A stretch of 64,000 nt of DNA from Rhynchobatus australiae. Taxonomy: Eukaryota. The stretch is taken from NCBI GenBank assembly GCA_034780895.1, contig JAUZTB010000069.1, positions 5,763,870-5,827,869 of the forward strand, written 5' to 3'. The notes beneath the pieces are model-generated. The model was not told where the DNA came from. It saw only the letters and a list, made by a program, of their open reading frames with translations, and made no database searches. Below, one piece after another: positions 62,247 to 64,000 of this stretch (within the stretch, counting starts at the first letter, position 1; each line of letters begins with the position of its first letter). The position numbers and the translations under genes were made by a program.

Positions 62247-62828
62247 GTAAGGTCTAGTCTTAATGCACAAGTTTCTCATGTTGTTTTAAAATCTCATTCT
62301 AACTGGGGGTGAGTTCAAATGGTTTGCTTGCTGTTGACAAGATGAGCAATAAATTTATTGCATTTAAAGGCAGCATATAAATGCAAATCTTTCTCAGTGG
62401 ACGTAGATAACTAATTTAAAAATATTCTTGGAATAAGTTTAAATAGTAAGCATCCAGAAATTCTGGTTAAAATTCCTAGTTCCCATTTGTATGTGGAATC
62501 AAACCAGCCTTTGCACTGAAGTGCAAGACTGATTTTGTATTTGGACATACATGTTTACCCATGGGGGGAGGATGTGGAAATTGCTTCTTCACAAGAGAAG
62601 CGTANNNNNNNNNNTACTACGTTTCAGAAGAAAATCAGGTTACCTGAGACCAATAATTTGCACCATACAATGCAACATGTATTATGAAGACCTAGTGTTA
62701 AAACTAAAGACTTGAATTTGAGGGTGTAAACATTTCAAATAATACCTTGCAGTGTTTAATATCATGTCCTTCAATCATTTTACCTGTCAAATATCTTTCA
62801 AGATCCCCATTATCTCTCTTTTGCACAG

Positions 62829-62916
62829 GGAGAGGATAGAAAGGACAGTGATGATGAGAAGTCAGATCGTAGCAAATCCTGGTGGAAGAAGCGATTTGTG
62901 TCTGCCATTCCTAAAG
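62829..62916 (+). CDS. GAPVD1: GAPVD1 coding exon
   Basis: GEDRKDSDDEKSDRSKSWWKKRFVSAIPK; gcacag| and G|gtcagt; 88 nt, phase 0-1. Confidence 0.95.
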
Positions 62917-63700
62917 GTCAGTCTTGGGATTATGATTTGTAACACAGAATGTGAAATGATTGATCAAATGGTTTTATAATCTAACTGGATCAGAGATCTT
63001 TTACTTTTGAATTCATCAGTACCTTGAAACAAGGTTATCTTTTCCTAGCTTAACTATATCTGTGTAACTTTCTCGTGCATTTGCCTGTGGCAGCTCAGTG
63101 CATTTTGATTTGATTCACTCTTACCTGTGAAAATGAAAAGGCTGCTTGTTTGCATTCCTTGTTTTTACTGCTTGTCGACTACTTTAGCATGTTAGAAGTC
63201 AACAGTCTAGGAATTTCTCAAGAATTTTAGAACTGATTTTATTTCTGGTCAATTTCCTTATCTCTTCCCTAAATTCAGTACTTCCCCTAATCCCACTTTA
63301 CTCATGGGGTTCATATACAAAAAAACCACTTAATATCTTGCAGCTTCGCTTATGTTAAAAAGAATAGTTATCCTTGGTGTTAGTTACAAATATTTGCCAT
63401 CGGAAGTTTATTTTGAATCAACAAAATTATGCTGACAGATCACCACTGTGAAATAGATTTTACTAAAATAACTGTAGTGACATCTATATCCAGCTGATTT
63501 TTCAACTAGTTTTAGGTAGGGGTGCAGCTGAATATTTTCATTGTAACTGGTATAATAGAATGGAAAGATGTTATCTGATATTAAAACCTTCATTGTTGTC
63601 AGGTACACTTCCACAAGGTTTTGGTTAACACCATGAATTTCTTCATCCTGTGTGTGAAGAAGTTGCTTTGTTTTTGTAATGTGGTATATTTTCTCTTTAG

Positions 63701-63781
63701 CTCCCATTTCCTTCAGGAAGAAAGATAAACAAGAAAAAGACAGAGAAGATGGTGCACAGGAAAGGTTTCAGGCCATGCAAG
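63701..63781 (+). CDS. GAPVD1: GAPVD1 coding exon (last in window; gene continues)
   Basis: (A)PISFRKKDKQEKDREDGAQERFQAMQ; ctttag| and G|gttggc; 81 nt, phase 1-1. Confidence 0.92.
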
Positions 63782-64000
63782 GTTGGCTGATCCTACCTTA
63801 CATAAAGAATGGTGAATGAGGACTACAAAAATGAATAACACGTGCATGAAACAGGAATAGCTTAAATTAAAATAAAACAACAAATTATCGGAGTATTATA
63901 ATTTTTTAGAAGATAAATATTCAAATGCATGGAAATCACACTAACAATGTAATACAAGTATGTGGCCTGTATCTGTGATTCCAAAGTGCCTTTGCACTGT

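Noticed and set aside
62247-62257. Alternative donor AG|gtctag at 62252
   Set aside because: It would end in phase 2, but the next exon needs phase 0; the donor at 62247 fits.
1-64000. Prokaryote-type systems (CRISPR, operons) or an intact autonomous transposon or endogenous virus
   Set aside because: Vertebrate intron-exon DNA; no regular repeat-spacer array and no intact RT, transposase or viral ORF.

Overview
Vertebrate genomic DNA from a gapped draft assembly. It is almost certainly a cartilaginous fish (ray/shark), judged from the repeat set (SacSINE1/DeuSINE-like, CR1, Penelope-like, Rex1-like) and the protein divergence. The whole window is the 5' ~70% of one + strand gene, GAPVD1 (GAPex-5/RAP6/RME-6; RasGAP plus VPS9 Rab5 GEF). 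I read a CpG-island edge at 1-240, two candidate 5'UTR exons, and 17 coding exons from the ATG at 17485 to 63781 (about 1,030 codons). All have GT-AG boundaries and consistent phases; one exon is partly lost in an N gap, and the VPS9 domain lies beyond the window. Nearly all other ORFs in the supplied track are noise or repeat remnants. The most notable unannotated signal is a family of at least 12 intronic Penelope-like terminal repeats whose cross-copy consensus is a minimal type I hammerhead ribozyme. Copies share subfamily-specific core substitutions, form fold-back/inverted pairs, and often break at the ribozyme. Also notable are an 81-nt cassette exon missed by the ORF track, a candidate uAUG-rich 5'UTR exon that would create a uORF overlapping the start codon, a candidate poison exon and a near-consensus CTCF site. 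Homology statements come from recalled sequences, not database searches, and repeat boundaries are approximate.
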